Below, piece by piece: positions 55,570 to 64,000 of a stretch of 64,000 bases of DNA (position 1 is its first letter; the number at the start of each line of letters is the position of its first letter). The translations under genes and the position numbers were made by a program. The notes beneath the pieces are model-generated. The model made no database searches. It had not been told where the DNA came from and worked only from the letters and a program-made list of their open reading frames with translations. Source of the stretch: Amoebidium appalachense. Taxonomy: Eukaryota; Protista; Ichthyosporea. The stretch lies in NCBI GenBank assembly GCA_963693365.1, contig CAVNZM010000008.1, forward strand, positions 5,898,330 to 5,962,329. The letters run 5' to 3'.

Positions 55570-57517
55570 CGTGACAGTTTTCACAAAAAAAAAGGATAAA
55601 CAAAGGGAAAAAAAGAAAGGAAGTCTTACGTTTCTCTGCGCAAACACAGTCGTGTGCAAACCCAGTCGTGAACAAGGGAAAAAGGAAAAAAAAAAAACAA
55701 GGGAAAAAGGAAAAAAAAAGAAAGTGCTACGAATACGATTCTCTGTTGTGAACAAAGGAAAAAGTAAAAAAAAAAGAGTGTTACGTTTCTCTGCGCAAAC
55801 ACAGTCCTGTGCAAACCCAGTCGTGAACAAGAGAAAAAGAAAAAAAAAGAGAGTGTTACGTTTCTCTAGGCAAACACCGTCGTGTGCAAACACAGCCATG
55901 AACAAAAGAATCAGAAAAGTAGAAAATGACAGCGCTGTGAACTGATATAAAAAAACCGCCATCAATAATTTATGTGAAGCCATTGCGCAAAATACGATCT
56001 TATGTTACAAGAATCAAGCATAAGAAAAACAGAACCTTTTGGCGCTGTTAGTGAATATATCTCTAATCGTGTTTGGTTCACAGGTAAACTGTATAAAAAA
56101 GGTGAATATACGAAATAAAAATATAATATACAGGACAAAACGAGCGCTAGTTTAAAACATCGAAGGATATACGCTTTCACAACATCTTATTCGCGGACCT
56201 TTTTACGTGCAAGCGTTTTGATGGTTCTTGCCCCACGTGATTCGCGGCGCTGATGCTCAGGGTATTCTGATTGACCGAAATCGAAGCATCGGATTCAAAT
56301 TGGGCAAATACAAAACGCTTTCCAACCAAAATCCCAAGCGCATGGTTGTTTATTTATAGAACCTTATATGTCATAAAACATACAACCCTCTTTTAGGATT
56401 TCCCTTATTCCTTGCTCAGTCAAAACGCTCCAGGGTCGGTGCTGCTATCAGTCACTAAGTAATTTCATTGGCCAGTCATCACGTAAATGCGCCAGCCAAC
56501 AAAACCAATCGGTGATTGGTGAATAGTGGTTGGGTCAACGTGATCGAGCACTGGTACTCTAGGCAAGCGCTTATCGGCATTGGTACAATCTAGTTGGTCA
56601 ATACACCGTGACTCAAGGCTGCAACGCTTTTCGAAGACCAGATTCACAGGACCCTTTCCAAACAAAATTCCAAGCAAATGTCTGTGTCCGCGTAAAGTAT
56701 AAATAAACATAAATAAATTATGCTTTTTTAATATTTATTGCCTATTAGAATAAATCACAATTGTTACTCGCAAAAGGGTCTTGGTTGGGCAGGCTGGCCT
56801 TGCTACCCAAACTATTATTAGCCGATCTCACTGATTAGCTTATTATCACGTACGCGCCAATCAGTGATTCCATTGGCCAAACTGAACAAAACATTAATTG
56901 GCCAGTCATCAAAAACGTGATTTTCTTGCTTGCTTCAAGCTTTGCGAAATGAGAATATATGTTCAACACTCTCTTTGCGCTCTATATACAACGGAGAAAT
57001 TACAAGAGTCCATCTTGATTCCCGAACGAACAAATATAACCAAGCGCACCACACCAGTTCGTGTTACTTTCGCCCGGCGCTGCTGTTGTATATGTTTCAA
57101 ACATAACCAAGCGCGCCACACCAATTCGTGTCACTTTCGCCCAGCGCTGCTGTTGTGCATGTTTCAAACGTAATCAGGCGCACCACATCAGTTCGTGTCA
57201 CTTTCGCCCAGCGCTGCTGTTGTACATGTTTCCATTGTAATTACAAATAGGCTAGACGAAAACAACAAAGAAACTTGTTATAATAACCTGTGCACACCGC
57301 GCTATCAGTTGTCCCCTTTTTTAGCCAACACAGATACATAGAATGTCCTTCATGTTTCCCTGTGCGAGGCACATTTTAGGCTTATGCATACAATCGTAGA
57401 TTGTTTGGGATACGAAAACAGAGCACACACACAAACGAGTTCTGCTAAACACAAACATTGTTAGACTGGACACAAAAAACATAGCGCGCGCATGCACGAG
57501 CTTTCCTAGGAACGATT

Positions 57518-57613
<96 letters not shown>

Positions 57614-57728
57614 AAGCACGAGCGCTACAACACGGTGGCACAAGCACACAGACAGAGCGCTCTCACAGACAGTCTTACAGGCAGAGGGTGCTCACAATTA
57701 CACACATCACAAAAACACACACAGCAAC

Positions 57729-63062
<5,334 letters not shown>

Positions 63063-63065
<3 letters not shown>

Positions 63066-63470
63066 GGTTTGTGGTGGGTGCGATGGGGGAAACGTAGTTG
63101 TAGTGGTGGCGGCGGGTAGGCCCCACATTCACATCTTACTTAGGGTTTGTGGTGGGTGCGGTGGGGGAAACGTAGTTGTAGTGGTGGCGGCGGGTAGGCC
63201 CCACATTCACATCTTACTTAGGGTTTGTGGTGGGTGCGGTGGGGGAAACGTAGTTGTAGTGGTGGCGGCGGGTAGGCCCCACATTCACATCTTACTTAGG
63301 GTTTGTGGTGGGTGCGGTGGGGGAAACGTAGTTGTAGTGGTGGCGGCGGGTAGGCCCCACATTCACATCTTACTTAGGGTTTGTGGTGGGTGCGGTGGGG
63401 GAAACGTATTTGTGGTGGTGTGGGCAGTAGGCACACATCCACATCTATAGGGGTTTGTGATGGGTGTGGT
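63063..63470. repeat. 78-bp tandem repeat, ~5 copies, starting at the predicted KDM4-like stop codon
   Basis: tagggtttgtggtgggtgcggtgggggaaacgtagttg recurs with period 78. Confidence 0.95.
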
Positions 63471-63703
63471 GGAGGAAAGACGTGGTACAAAGTTTTCATA
63501 CCAAGTTTTCTGTAATGTTTATTCGAATGTGATCTGCTTCAATCTTATCCAAATTTTCATGTATATTGTATTTGCCCGGTAACAGTACCAAGTTTCCGTA
63601 ATGATTATTGAATGTATTTGCCCGTGGTAGCGGGAGAGACTCCATTTAATATACCCCAAGTCTCCTTTTCAATCTGTGTACAAGCACACTGGCACGTACA
63701 TTG

Positions 63704-63874
<171 letters not shown>

Positions 63875-63881
63875 CACGCAC

Positions 63882-63966
<85 letters not shown>

Positions 63967-64000
63967 GATACACATGCTACCAAGTTTTCATTGAACGGTG

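Overview
Eukaryotic genomic DNA with GT-AG introns full of poly-C/G and (CA)n tracts; a unicellular opisthokont such as an ichthyosporean is my guess, not shown by the sequence. A central host block (~8.9-48.8 kb) holds three spliced genes reconstructed by hand: IDI1 (+, 4 exons), an Mlx/Max-type bHLH-ZIP factor (+, 7 exons) and COQ2 (-, at least 8 exons). Between the last two lies a degenerate Ty3/Gypsy chromovirus (gag-CCHC, protease, RT, RNase H, integrase, chromodomain). It lacks two direct LTRs and is instead bounded by ~83-bp terminal inverted repeats (TGTTG...CAACA) with a 5-bp CTCCC duplication. A piggyBac-like remnant splits its integrase from its chromodomain. The host block is flanked on both sides by related large, minisatellite-rich elements in inverted orientation, sharing a 48-bp terminus and a ~170-bp subterminal block. 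The right element carries orphan ORFs and a spliced KDM4-like JmjN/JmjC demethylase with metal and zinc ligands intact. The left element has a 455-bp loop-less palindrome next to its terminus. No mobilising enzyme for these large elements is visible, and both run off the window. No rRNA, tRNA or CRISPR was recognised. Most entries in the ORF track are artefacts of repeats.
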